Shown here in pieces: positions 8,034 through 19,400 of a DNA stretch of 64,000 nucleotides. The position numbers were made by a program, and so were the translations under genes. Source of the stretch: a virus; the IMG/VR virus record IMGVR_UViG_3300027797_000020, positions 30,329 to 94,328 of that record. The stretch is one strand, 5' to 3'. Within the stretch, counting starts at the first letter, position 1, and each line of letters begins with the position of its first letter. The notes under the pieces are model-generated. The model was not told the DNA's origin, ran no database searches, and saw only the letters and a program-made list of their open reading frames with translations.

Positions 8034-11000
8034 ATGGCAACATCTACAAACAGTAAAGTATTTGTTTCACCGGGGGTTTACACTTCAGAAGTTGATTTGA
8101 GTTTCGTAGCACAAAGTGTGGGGGTAACTACACTAGGTATCGTTGGGGAGACGTTAAAAGGTCCCGCGTTCGAACCTATATTTATCCGTAACTTTGACGA
8201 ATTCTCAACATTCTTTGGGGGTACATCACCTGAGAAATTCATAAATACTCAAATCCCTAAATACGAAGCGTCTTACATCGCTAAATCTTATTTACAACAA
8301 TCTAACCAATTGTTTGTTACAAGAATTTTAGGTCTTTCGGGTTATGATGCGGGTCCGGCTTGGTCAATTACAACTAAAGCAAACGTTGACCCATCAACAA
8401 TTCAGTTTTCTTGTTTAAGTGCGGTGACGGCTAATTGTGTGTCCGAATGTGTTACATATGCGGAATATGATTTTGAAATCCCATTTACAGGTTGTACAAA
8501 TGGTACATCAAGTATCGCATTTGACACTACAGGAGTACCACAAGAATTAATAAATAGATTATTATTACCATATGAGAATTTTGACGGTAGTCTTTCAAGT
8601 CTTGATACTGACCTAAGAAGTCAAGTTTTTGACATTATGGTGACACCATCAAAAGAAGACACATCAATTTATTATTACGGTGCAGTTCCTGGTGTATACT
8701 ATAGTGGTAACACTGATTTAGGTTACACTGCAAGAACTAACGTATTTGAAGTTGATAATATGAACGCTGAAAATATCAATTATTTAGCTCCGGCTAATGA
8801 CGCTTGGTATTACGCAATGTTTGATAATATTGACGGTGGTGTTTATACAGGTTCATCATTCTACACGTATATGACAGGATTGACACAAACGTCAAATATG
8901 TCAAATTGTGCATCATTCTACAATTATTCAGTTAACGGTAACGTTTTAACATTAGATAATTTAGTTGACGACAATACATTACCATCAGGTACTACGACAG
9001 GAGTTGCAACAACAACAACAGGTAATGGTGTTGGTTTAACTTTAGATATAACTGTAGATTCAAGTAATGAAGTTCAAAACGTTGATATTAATCTAGCGGG
9101 TACAGGTTATCAAGTTGGTGATATTATCAATATTAGTGGAAATACGGGAACGACATTAACAATTGCGTCTATAGGTTCTACTCACGGTAGTATTAACTAT
9201 AACACTAACACAATTTACGCTTACGTACCTAGTAACGTTGATGTATCTCAAATTGTTTCAACATTTAGTGCGTGTACTAGTGATGTTACAATTAGTTCTG
9301 TATCTCAAGTTAGTGAAGAAACAGTAAATGATTTTACAACTTGTTTAGTTTATACTTTAGTATCTGAAGATAGTTCAGTAACTACAAATTGGACAGTATG
9401 TGTTAGTAACGATAACGCTTGTGACCCGTCAACTACAGGTAACACAGGTACTATGAATGTAGGTTCAAGTACGGCTTGTTATAGTGGTTCAGTTGTTGGT
9501 ACATTCTTAGTATTAACAGGTCAATCTTATTTAGATTATGATGATTTAGTAATTGCAACTTTACGTTCAAGAGGTTTATCAGATTTCTCAAGTGATAATG
9601 GTCCTGTTTATGAAGTGTCAGGTTTAACACAAGTAAGTTTAAATACGTCAGGTATTTATTCGGGTGTTACTAAAAACCCATATTCTACATTCGCAATTAA
9701 CGCAACAGGTAGAACAGGAACTAATTACTCGTTTGAAACATCATTCTCAAATTCAGATTCTAAATACATTAGTAAAGTTTTAGGTTCAACTAACTTCTCA
9801 AAAGATAGAACAGAAGTTCCGTTATTTGTTGAAGAAAAATACCAATCTTTATTAAATTATGCTTGGAGAAAAGGATACATTAGAGGTTTAAGTACACAAT
9901 TAATGTCATACCCTGACGCTAGACAAGGTGCTGACCCAACATCATTAGGTTTCTATTTAGAGAAATATCAATCACCAACATCACCTTGGGTTGTTTCTGA
10001 ATTAAGAGGTAACAAAGTATACCACTTATTTAAATTCACAACAATCGCTGATGGTGACGCAGCTAACACTGAGGTGAAAATTTCTATCGCAAACATTTCA
10101 TTCGGAAATGGTACATTTGACGTATTAGTTAGAGATTATTTCGATTCTGATTCGGCTCCTGTAGTTATTGAGAAATTCACTAACTGTTCTATGGACCCAA
10201 ATCAAAATAACTTTATCGCGAAAAAAATCGGTAGTGTTGACGGTGAGTTTGAATTAAACTCAAAATATGTTATGGTTGAGATTAATGAAAACGCACCAAC
10301 AGACGCATTACCTTGTGGTTTCGAAGGTTATGACACAAGAACTTATTTAGGTGTACGTTCTCCATTCCCAATTTTCAAAACTAAATATGACTATCCAGGT
10401 GAAGTTATTTATAACCCACCTTTCGGATTATCTTCAGGTGCGGATGACGCAATTAGAAGTAACGGTGATAATGTTCGTAGAACTTATTTAGGAATTTCTG
10501 ACACTGTTGGTTATGACGTTGATTTCGTAGGATATAAAGGTAAACAATTACCATTAAATGTTTGTACACAAACTACGGGAGCGTTATGGGATACTAAAAC
10601 TAAAGGTTTCCATATGGATAACAGAGCATCTGCTATCACAGTTAATAACACTTTCTACGAAAAAGTATTTAATGTTGACGAAAATAAATATAGATTATCT
10701 GCAATCACAAGTGCAACAACTGCATTCTATGTAGGTTCTGATAACTTTAGTTCTGACCCTTCAAACGAATCTAACCCATACTACAGACTTTACGCACGTA
10801 AATTCTCATTTGTAGTACAAGGAGGTTTTGACGGATGGGATGTTTATAGAGAGTCAAGAACAAATACTGATAGATTCGTATTAGGTAGACCTGGTTATTT
10901 GAAAGGGGCTTGTCCTTCAGTTAAATACCCTACGGCTACAGGATGGGGAGCGTTCAAACAAATCACTGTTGGTGATAATACTCAAGATTGGGGGAATACT

Positions 11001-11885
11001 GACTACTACGCTTATTTATTAGGTCAAAGAAGTTTCTCTAACCCTGAAGCGGTAAACATTAACGTATTCGCAACACCGGGTATTGATTATGTTAACCATT
11101 CAGATATCGTTGAGAGTGCTATTGATATGATTGAAAACGATAGAGCGGATTCAGTTTATATCTGTACAACACCTGACTTCCAAATGTTCACACCAACTAT
11201 GGATATGGCTGATTTAATTTATCCTCAAGAGGCGGTAGATAACTTGGAAACAACAGGAATAGATTCTAACTACACTGCAACTTATTACCCTTGGGTATTG
11301 ACAAGAGATAGTGTTAATAATACACAAATCTATTTACCACCAACTGCTGAGGTGACGAGAAACTTGGCATTAACCGATAACATCGCTTTCCCTTGGTTCG
11401 CGGCTGCAGGTTACACAAGAGGTATTGTAAACGCTATTAAAGCACGTAAAAAATTAACTCAAGAAGATAGAGACGTTCTATACAAAGGTAGAATTAACCC
11501 TATTGCAACTTTCTCAGATGTGGGAACAGTTATTTGGGGTAATAAAACTCTTCAAATTAGAGAGTCAGCTTTAGATAGAATTAACGTAAGAAGATTGTTA
11601 TTACAAGCTCGTAAATTGATTTCAGCGGTTTCAGTGAGATTGTTGTTCGAACAAAACGACCAAAAAGTAAGACAAGATTTCTTAGATGCGGTTAACCCAA
11701 TCTTAGACTCAATCAGAAGAGATAGAGGTTTATACGATTTCCGTGTAACAGTTTCTTCAGATACTGCAGACTTAGATAGAAACCAAATGACAGGTAAGAT
11801 TTACATCAAACCAACTAAATCGTTAGAATTTATAGATATCACATTCTATATCACTCCAACAGGAGCATCTTTCGAGAATATCTAA
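8034..11885 (+). CDS. Contractile tail sheath protein (T4 gp18-like) with large inserted domains
   Basis: N-terminal VSPGVYTSEVD and KGPAFEP; C-terminal YYPWV, PWFAAAGYTRG, INPI, IWGNKT, DRINVRRLL, IYIKPTKSLEFIDITF. Confidence 0.96.
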   Translation: MATSTNSKVFVSPGVYTSEVDLSFVAQSVGVTTLGIVGETLKGPAFEPIFIRNFDEFSTFFGGTSPEKFINTQIPKYEASYIAKSYLQQSNQLFVTRILGLSGYDAGPAWSITTKANVDPSTIQFSCLSAVTANCVSECVTYAEYDFEIPFTGCTNGTSSIAFDTTGVPQELINRLLLPYENFDGSLSSLDTDLRSQVFDIMVTPSKEDTSIYYYGAVPGVYYSGNTDLGYTARTNVFEVDNMNAENINYLAPANDAWYYAMFDNIDGGVYTGSSFYTYMTGLTQTSNMSNCASFYNYSVNGNVLTLDNLVDDNTLPSGTTTGVATTTTGNGVGLTLDITVDSSNEVQNVDINLAGTGYQVGDIINISGNTGTTLTIASIGSTHGSINYNTNTIYAYVPSNVDVSQIVSTFSACTSDVTISSVSQVSEETVNDFTTCLVYTLVSEDSSVTTNWTVCVSNDNACDPSTTGNTGTMNVGSSTACYSGSVVGTFLVLTGQSYLDYDDLVIATLRSRGLSDFSSDNGPVYEVSGLTQVSLNTSGIYSGVTKNPYSTFAINATGRTGTNYSFETSFSNSDSKYISKVLGSTNFSKDRTEVPLFVEEKYQSLLNYAWRKGYIRGLSTQLMSYPDARQGADPTSLGFYLEKYQSPTSPWVVSELRGNKVYHLFKFTTIADGDAANTEVKISIANISFGNGTFDVLVRDYFDSDSAPVVIEKFTNCSMDPNQNNFIAKKIGSVDGEFELNSKYVMVEINENAPTDALPCGFEGYDTRTYLGVRSPFPIFKTKYDYPGEVIYNPPFGLSSGADDAIRSNGDNVRRTYLGISDTVGYDVDFVGYKGKQLPLNVCTQTTGALWDTKTKGFHMDNRASAITVNNTFYEKVFNVDENKYRLSAITSATTAFYVGSDNFSSDPSNESNPYYRLYARKFSFVVQGGFDGWDVYRESRTNTDRFVLGRPGYLKGACPSVKYPTATGWGAFKQITVGDNTQDWGNTDYYAYLLGQRSFSNPEAVNINVFATPGIDYVNHSDIVESAIDMIENDRADSVYICTTPDFQMFTPTMDMADLIYPQEAVDNLETTGIDSNYTATYYPWVLTRDSVNNTQIYLPPTAEVTRNLALTDNIAFPWFAAAGYTRGIVNAIKARKKLTQEDRDVLYKGRINPIATFSDVGTVIWGNKTLQIRESALDRINVRRLLLQARKLISAVSVRLLFEQNDQKVRQDFLDAVNPILDSIRRDRGLYDFRVTVSSDTADLDRNQMTGKIYIKPTKSLEFIDITFYITPTGASFENI

Positions 11886-11895
11886 AACAAAAACA

Positions 11896-11930
11896 AAACA
11901 AGTCGGTATTTATAATATCGGCTTGTTTTT
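11896..11930 (+). terminator. Hairpin/terminator after sheath, containing a TATTTATA motif
   Basis: AAACAAGTCGGTATT-TAT-AATATCGGCTTGTTT stem (G-U pairs) followed by T-run. Confidence 0.55.
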
Positions 11931-11950
11931 TAGCCTTTTAAAAATAAAAT

Positions 11951-12769
11951 ATGAGAAAATTTAAAAATTTAAGAGAAGGTCTTGATGAGACCGGGACCCC
12001 CGATATGAAATATTATGCGTTTGATTGGGATGACAATATTATGTATATGCCGACCAAAATAATCTTAAAAAGTGAAGACGGTGATGAGGTTCCAATGTCA
12101 ACTGAAGATTTTGCAGAATATAGAATGGACATCGGTAAAGAACCTTTTGAGTACGAAGGACATCAAGTTGTTGGTTTTGCGGATTTACCTTTTAGATATT
12201 TTTCAACGACAGGTGATAAAAATTTCATAGTTGATTCAATGACCGCAAGTGATGGACCGGCTTGGACTGATTTTGTTGAGGCAATTAATAACGGTTCCAT
12301 TTTTTCTATTGTTACTGCAAGAGGTCACACACCGTCAGTTATGAGAGATGCGGTTTACAATTTAATTGTTTCAAATCATAATGGTATTGATTCAAATGAA
12401 CTAGTTAGAAATTTAGAAAAATATAGAGATTTAGCTGATGAAGAACAATTATCAAAAAAGGATATGATTAAAGAGTATCTAGACTTGTGTAAGTTCTATC
12501 CGGTGACATATGGTGAAGGTTCAGCGACTAACCCTGAAGAAGGTAAGATTAAGGCGTTAAAAGAGTTTGTAGACCACGTAAAACACCTTTCAAGTTTTAT
12601 AGGAAAAAAGGCTTACTTAAAAAATGACATTGTTAATAAAGAACCACAAATTGGATTTTCAGATGATGATTTAAGAAACGTGGAAAAAGTTAAAGGACAT
12701 TTTGAAAATGAACCAGATAATATCATAAAGACATATTCAACTGCAGGAGGAATAAAGAAAAGATATTAA
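11951..12769 (+). CDS. HAD-superfamily phosphatase-like protein
   Basis: Motif I FDWDDNI, motif II IVTARG, Lys in EGKIKAL, motif IV GFSDDD. Confidence 0.7.
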   Translation: MRKFKNLREGLDETGTPDMKYYAFDWDDNIMYMPTKIILKSEDGDEVPMSTEDFAEYRMDIGKEPFEYEGHQVVGFADLPFRYFSTTGDKNFIVDSMTASDGPAWTDFVEAINNGSIFSIVTARGHTPSVMRDAVYNLIVSNHNGIDSNELVRNLEKYRDLADEEQLSKKDMIKEYLDLCKFYPVTYGEGSATNPEEGKIKALKEFVDHVKHLSSFIGKKAYLKNDIVNKEPQIGFSDDDLRNVEKVKGHFENEPDNIIKTYSTAGGIKKRY

Positions 12770-12927
12770 TAAATAAATTAATAAAATTATTAATAATATA
12801 AAAAATAATTAAACTAGATATTTATTACTAGAAAGATATTTTAAAAATAATTAGAAGTAAATAGAAAAATCTTTCAAAGACTATTTATATAAAAAAATAA
12901 ACACAAAAATAATAAAAAAAGAATAAG

Positions 12928-13416
12928 ATGGCTGATTTATTAATGAAAATGCCGATACCATACGAACCTAAAAGACAAAATAGGTTTATAATGAGATTCC
13001 CTTCAAGTTTGGGAATTAATGAATGGTTCGTTGAGACGGCATCAAGACCGCATATCACAATTAACTCAACTGAGGTACAATTTTTAAATACGTCGACTTA
13101 TGTTGCTGGACGTTTTACTTGGGGAACTATTAACGTTAAGTTCCGTGACCCAATTGGACCTTCTGCTTCACAAGCATTAATGGAATGGGTACGTTTATGT
13201 GCTGAATCTGTAACAGGACGTATGGGTTACGCTGCAGGTTATAAGAAAAATGTCGATTTGGAAATGTTAGACCCAACAGGTGTTGTTGTTGAGAAATGGA
13301 TACTTGAAGGAGCTTGGTTACAAGACGTTAACTTTGATTCGTTAGCATATAACTCTGATGCTATTGCTTCGATTACTGCGACTCTTAGACCTGACCGTTG
13401 TGTGTTAGTTTACTAA
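12928..13416 (+). CDS. Tail tube protein (T4 gp19-like)
   Basis: YEPKRQNRF, AGRFTWGTINVKFRD, GYKKNVDLEMLDPTG.VVEKW.L.GAW; 162 aa, downstream of sheath. Confidence 0.92.
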   Translation: MADLLMKMPIPYEPKRQNRFIMRFPSSLGINEWFVETASRPHITINSTEVQFLNTSTYVAGRFTWGTINVKFRDPIGPSASQALMEWVRLCAESVTGRMGYAAGYKKNVDLEMLDPTGVVVEKWILEGAWLQDVNFDSLAYNSDAIASITATLRPDRCVLVY

Positions 13417-13441
13417 AAAACTTTTCATATACTATTTTACT

Positions 13442-13471
13442 AATCCACATACATTGTATGTGGATTTTTTT
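13442..13471 (+). terminator. Rho-independent terminator after tail tube
   Basis: AATCCACATAC-ATT-GTATGTGGATT followed by T-run. Confidence 0.8.
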
Positions 13472-13530
13472 GTTTTATATATTTAATAAAAACAAATGTA
13501 AACTATCTTTTTTAAAAAAACAAGTAAATT

Positions 13531-14283
13531 ATGGATGCAGACTTATTAAAAGCAGCGACTGAAAACTTTTCACTACCTCACGATGTTGTAAAATTACCTT
13601 CAATGGGTATTTTTTATAAATCAAAAAAAACTGCGGTGAAAGTTGGATATCTTACGGCTGAAGATGAAAATTATTTATTAAACAATGATTCGAAAGAACA
13701 TATCGTGATGACATTGTTACGAAATAAAGTTTATGAACACGATTTAAGACCGGAAGAAATGACTGACGGTGATGTTGAGGCTATTTTGATATTTTTAAGA
13801 AATACTTCATTTGGTCCTGAATATAGTCTTAATTTGGTTGACCCTAAAAATAGTAAAGTTTTTGAACATACAGAAATTTTAGACCAATTAAGTATTAAAG
13901 AAACAACTGAAAGACCTGATGAAAATGGGTATTTCACAACTAAATTACCAAGAACAAACGCGACTGTTAAATTAAAACCTTTAACTTTTTACGAAGGGAT
14001 TGAAATTGATAATATGGCTGACCAATACCCTAAAGGTAGAACTGCCCCAACTGTAACTTGGAGATTAAATAAACAAATTGTTGAAGTTGATGGTAGTAAT
14101 GACCCTGGAACTATTTCACAATTTGTTAGTACATTACCAATCGCTGATTCAAAACATATCAGACAATTTTTGAGAGATAATCAACCCTCATTAGATTTAA
14201 AGAGACAAGTTTACGCCCCGTCAGGAGAATTGGTTACGTTTAACGTATCCTTTGGGGTGGACTTTTTTCGTCCTTTCTTCTAA
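13531..14283 (+). CDS. Baseplate hub assembly / tail assembly chaperone (T4 gp26-like)
   Basis: V.LPS.G.FY, LTAEDE..L, GD..AILIFLR..SFGPEY, C-terminal GVDFF; between tube and tape measure. Confidence 0.75.
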   Translation: MDADLLKAATENFSLPHDVVKLPSMGIFYKSKKTAVKVGYLTAEDENYLLNNDSKEHIVMTLLRNKVYEHDLRPEEMTDGDVEAILIFLRNTSFGPEYSLNLVDPKNSKVFEHTEILDQLSIKETTERPDENGYFTTKLPRTNATVKLKPLTFYEGIEIDNMADQYPKGRTAPTVTWRLNKQIVEVDGSNDPGTISQFVSTLPIADSKHIRQFLRDNQPSLDLKRQVYAPSGELVTFNVSFGVDFFRPFF

Positions 14284-14422
14284 CTACAGTCAACAATTAA
14301 TTGATGAGTATTACTTGTTGGCTAAAATTTTAAGAACACAATATAGTGAGTTTCTTAAAATACCCACATACATTAGAAAATATCTTGTAGATAAAATTAT
14401 TGAAGATTATACACCAAAGTAA
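14270..14422 (+). CDS. Start-less +1-frame ORF, probable frameshift extension of the chaperone (G/GT-like)
   Basis: VLSSNYSQQLIDEYYLLAKILRTQYSEFLKIPTYIRKYLVDKIIEDYTPK; no ATG; entered by a +1 shift at TTT TTT CGT C. Confidence 0.55.
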   Translation, partial: VLSSNYSQQLIDEYYLLAKILRTQYSEFLKIPTYIRKYLVDKIIEDYTPK

Positions 14423-14466
14423 AACATTGCTTTGGTGTATTTATATTATAACAAATATAGAAAAAT

Positions 14467-16362
14467 ATGGGATTTTTATTTGCGGGTGATGATGATGATG
14501 CTACGGGTTCAAGTAAAATAGCGAAAGCGGTTGACGGTACATTATCAGAAATTAAAAGTATTCTTAAAGCCAATTTAACTGCCGATGGTATCGGTACTGT
14601 TGTTGAACAAATGGATGAGGTCTATTCAAGATTGTCCACAACAATGGGTCTTGGACGTGCGTCCGCAGTGGCGATTAAATCCGCATTAGGTGATGCGTAT
14701 TCCGATGTTGCCAAGTTGGGCGGCGGTATGGAAGATATCGAAAGAATCCAAAAAGGTTTAGTGGGGGCTTTGGGAACTAATGTTCTTGCGAGTACTGACG
14801 CATTTAAAGAAATTTATGCGGCTTCCAAAGTTATGAATACCACAACAGATGATTTATCCAAAAAGTTTATTGATGCCGGTTATAACTTTAATAATATTGG
14901 TAAAGAAAGTGAAAAAATTATTAACACCGCAAGGTCGTTAGGTGTTAGTGCTGAAGCGGTCTCAAGTTCTGTGTTAAATAATATGGAGGCTTTAGATACA
15001 CATAATTTTTCGGGTGGTGTTGAAGGTTTAGCGAAAATGGCGGCAACCTCAGCGGGACTACGTGTTAATATGAGTAGTGTTTTAAATGCCGTGGATAAAG
15101 CGTTCAATCCTGAAGGTGCGATTGAAATGGCGGCGGCATTCCAAAGATTGGGTGTTTCACAAAGTGAATTATTGGACCCAATGAGATTAATGAATATGTC
15201 TCAAAATGACCCTGAAGCTTTCCAACAATCAATCGCTAAAATGGGGGCTAGTTTAACGGAATTAGACGAAAAAGGTAACGTTAAAATCGCACCTGGTAGT
15301 ATTCGTAGAATGAAGGAATTAGCTGACGCTGCGGGTATGCCTCAAGCGGAATTTGCGAAAATGTCAAAAGCGGCGGCGGAACTTGATATGAAAATGGCGA
15401 AATTACAATTTCCTGATTTTGCGACGGACGAACAAAAAACTTTATTGGCGAACATTACCCAAATGAAAGATGGTAAAATGCAGATTAAGGTTGATGGGGA
15501 AATGAAAGATATGAATGAGGTCTTACAAGGTTTCAAAGGTGATGAGGAAGGATTGAAAAAATTCTTAAAGGATAATCAACCAAAAACAAATGAAGAATTA
15601 TTAGATGAACAATTAAGTGTTTCAAAAAAAATTGAAGCTAATACCGCATCAATGAAAGGTAAAACGGGTTATGCAATGGCCGGTACTAAAAAGGGTGAGG
15701 AAATGTTAGTTGCAACAGGGACTATTACTAAAGCGATTACAGATTCATTTAATAAAGAGTTGGATATTAGTAAAATGAGAAAAGGTCTTGACACTCATTT
15801 GGAAACTATGGTTGATGTTATTGATAAACTTAGTACGGGTGAAATGAGTGCGACTGAAGCGTTTGGAAAAGCCGCAACAGGTATTAAAAATTTCACCGAA
15901 ACTCTTGGTGATACAGTTGGTAATGTTATTAAAAATTTAAATGAGGCCGGTATTAAAATTGAGGATAATGGTAGTCAAGTTGAAAAATTAGTTGTTAGAG
16001 GTGTAAAGGCCGTGGTTGGTGGAACAGTTAATGCCGTTGAAAACAGTGAGAAAGTTGATATAAAACCAATTGATGGTAAAAAAGATAGTGCAAAATTAAA
16101 TCCGATTGATGATAAGAAAAATTGGGATACTAAACAACAAACAATTATTGACGCACAAACTATTAATAGTTCTAACGCTAAAACCGAAACTTACCACTCA
16201 GGTAAAATGAATTTGGATGTTACAGTTACTGTACCTCCAAATATGGATAAAGCGACGTTTGAACAAATGATGAAAAGTCCTGAATTTAAAGAATCACTTT
16301 TAAAGATGATTAAAGATTCTCCACAAGGAAATAATAAAACTAAAGTTCCTGCTAACAGATAA
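14467..16362 (+). CDS. Tape measure protein (putative)
   Basis: Ala/Gly/Met-rich helical 631 aa directly after tube and chaperone; C-terminal beta segment. Confidence 0.7.
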   Translation: MGFLFAGDDDDATGSSKIAKAVDGTLSEIKSILKANLTADGIGTVVEQMDEVYSRLSTTMGLGRASAVAIKSALGDAYSDVAKLGGGMEDIERIQKGLVGALGTNVLASTDAFKEIYAASKVMNTTTDDLSKKFIDAGYNFNNIGKESEKIINTARSLGVSAEAVSSSVLNNMEALDTHNFSGGVEGLAKMAATSAGLRVNMSSVLNAVDKAFNPEGAIEMAAAFQRLGVSQSELLDPMRLMNMSQNDPEAFQQSIAKMGASLTELDEKGNVKIAPGSIRRMKELADAAGMPQAEFAKMSKAAAELDMKMAKLQFPDFATDEQKTLLANITQMKDGKMQIKVDGEMKDMNEVLQGFKGDEEGLKKFLKDNQPKTNEELLDEQLSVSKKIEANTASMKGKTGYAMAGTKKGEEMLVATGTITKAITDSFNKELDISKMRKGLDTHLETMVDVIDKLSTGEMSATEAFGKAATGIKNFTETLGDTVGNVIKNLNEAGIKIEDNGSQVEKLVVRGVKAVVGGTVNAVENSEKVDIKPIDGKKDSAKLNPIDDKKNWDTKQQTIIDAQTINSSNAKTETYHSGKMNLDVTVTVPPNMDKATFEQMMKSPEFKESLLKMIKDSPQGNNKTKVPANR

Positions 16363-16403
16363 AAATTAAGTAGTATTCTATTTATATAATAAAATAAGAG
16401 ACA

Positions 16404-19400
16404 ATGCCGAATAGTACATTATCATTTGCGTCAACTTCAACTTTTAGAGATGCGTTGATGGCCAAAAACCTTTCATCGTATGGAGTAACAGGTGTTTATA
16501 CACCACCTTCAGGTCCTTTAAATTATGAAGTGGTTTTAACTCAATCACCTGTAGTGGATTCACCGGGTGATTTAATTGCTAATGACCCTTTCGCAAATCA
16601 AATGTATCCATTAAATGCGTATGGTCCAAATGGTGGGTACAATATTAATATTAATTATAACGGTCCTTTATTGCCGGTGATACCAAATCAAGGTCCGTAT
16701 TCCCCAAATCAAAGTGCGTTATTATTAAGTAATAATTTATATCTAAATCAATTAACAACATCACCTGGTGTTAAGAATTTATTCATACCTAATGGTGGTT
16801 ATAATTACGTATATAATGTTGGTGAGGTACAAAACCCTATTCATTATTTTTTACCTTATGGGTTATCAACTTTTGTTCCGTCTGTTTATACACCATACGA
16901 AATATTATCATCAACAAATCCAACAGGTAGTGATGGCTCATTATCTCAGGATTCATTTATTGCGAGATTAGGGGCTCAACAATTGAACTTCCTTTTTCAA
17001 GAAAGAATTGCATTAGAAATATTACAAAGTACTGTTGGTAAAGTTAATTTAGAATCATTACAAGACCCGTTTGAGGCGAGTTTATTAGCGACAGGTCAAG
17101 AACCTTTAATTTACCGTAATTGGAGGATTACAGTTCCTGAATCACCTGTTACCGCGGCGTTTGACTTTGCTACTCGATTATCGGGAGCTTATTGGCCAGT
17201 ATCATTTATTCCTGGTGATTATTTTGACGAAAATACAAAAGGTGGGCAACAAACACAACAAACGTCAAATGCGTTAAATGTTGTTAATCAATTAACAGGA
17301 GGGTTTTTAGGTCCAATCTTAAATAAAAAACGAAATCCTTCTCAAATATTTTTAGCAAATACGGGTAATGGACAAAGGTCGGTTTTATTTAGTAATTTAG
17401 ATTTCAACAGATACCAACCGGGGTATAAAAAAGATTATGGGGGTATATTAGGTATTGGTCAGGCTATCGTTAATTTAGCGGTAAGTTTAATTAATCCTAA
17501 TGGTACACTATCAGGTGGGTATTATGTTGGTAGTGTTAATTCAGAGCCAAGTTCAATAACTTCACCCCCAAATCAAATTCCTGTTAACCCATACGGTGAA
17601 CAAGTTTCAACACCTGTTTATGGTCCGTCTGAGTTGGGGATATTATTTGAGGGGAATGACAATAAATTAAATTTCGGTTTAGCCGGTAAATCATTAAGTG
17701 ATGGTGGTGGTATTGATGGTGGGTTTATTTGGACTTCACCAAAATACAAACCAAACGCAGGTTTCCACGCAACACCTGGAGGTGGTTCGGGAAGTAAGGA
17801 CGAAGAATTTAATCAAATTAGTAGTCAGTATAATAAAGACGAGTCAACTAATGTTGATTTCAAAGAGAATTCGATATTAGATAGTACTCAAAGACTTATT
17901 GATTCTGCTGACAATGTTTCAGGTATTAGTAGATTGAAACACGTTGGTAATGCGATGAACCAAGTTAGTAAAGTATTCCACGATGGTTATAAAGAAATGA
18001 CCAAAGGTTCTCAAGTTGTTTCATATAAAGATGATACAACAGGTGGTGAAAAAGGTATTGAATATTGTCGAGTATTTACTAAAGACACACCGTATTACAC
18101 TTATGCTGATTTACAAAAAACTGACGGTATTACTATCTCAGGTAGAAGATTTACCAACTCGGTTTTAGATAACACATACAATCTTAATATCGCCCCACTT
18201 AAAAATCCTGGGTCAACTAATATCATATCAGGTGATGCGACAGGTAAAGGGGGTTATGCTAAAAAATATATGTTCTCGATTGAGAACTTAGCTTGGAGAA
18301 CATCAAGTAGACCGGGTTATACTTATGATGAGTTACCTGTTTGTGAGAAAGGTCCAAATGGGGGTAGAGTAATGTGGTTCCCACCTTATGATTTACAATT
18401 CTCAGATACTAGTAGTGCGAATTGGAACTCAACAAGTTTCTTAGGTCGACCTGAACCAATTTATACTTACAAAGAAACAAGTAGAACGGGTAGTTTATCT
18501 TGGAAGATAATTGTTGACCACCCTTCAGTTATGAATACGGTAGTTGAGAAACAATTAAAAGGTCAAGCCAAAGAACGTATTGATTCTATCATTGATTCAT
18601 TTTTCGCGGGTTGTGTGAAATTTGACATCTATAAATTAGCGATTAAATTTAATACAATACCAACTAAAGATTTATACACTTATCAAGAGATATTAAGTAA
18701 TCCAAGATTAACTGATAAAGAAACAGTTGCGGAAATTAATAAAGCGATACCTAAAGATAACTCAAACGCTTCAGGTTCGGCGGTTGCTGACCCTGCAAAT
18801 ACAAATAGTAATCAGACTGTTACACCTGATTCGTCAATTCAAGACTTTGAAAACAAATATTTGGATTTTGCATTCTACTTTGAAAATGATATTCCGGGTA
18901 AGAATCCAAATACTACAACAACTGAAGAATATCAATCAACATATGATTCATATACCTCAGACAGTAACATTGAAAAATATGTTAAAAACGCTGAGTCAGC
19001 TTTCAATGACGGTAATGTGAATAAAAATGTTAAAGGGTTTTTCGATTCGGTAATTAAAAGTAATTATAATTTATTTGCTGGTGGTGATAAAAATTTCATA
19101 ACCGATGCTTATGATATATTATCTAAAGGTCTTGGAACTATTAAAATAATGATGGAAGGTTCGGCGTCCGCTACCGCAACGGTTCCATATAACAAAGCGT
19201 TATCTGAAAGACGACTTGATATTGTTACTAAATTTTTGAAAAGTAAAACAATTGGTGACAAAAAATTAGGTGAGTATTTTGATAAAGGTTTAATTAAAAT
19301 TGAATTATCAAAAGGTTCGGGTGAACAAACCGTTATCCCTAAAACAAGTACTGAGACAGGTGCTAATGGAACAACAGGAACAACTGAAGATTCAGGTAAT

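Noticed and set aside
12770-12927. tRNA or structured ncRNA in the larger intergenic gaps
   Set aside because: Gaps are extremely A/T-rich with no cloverleaf or stable structure beyond terminators
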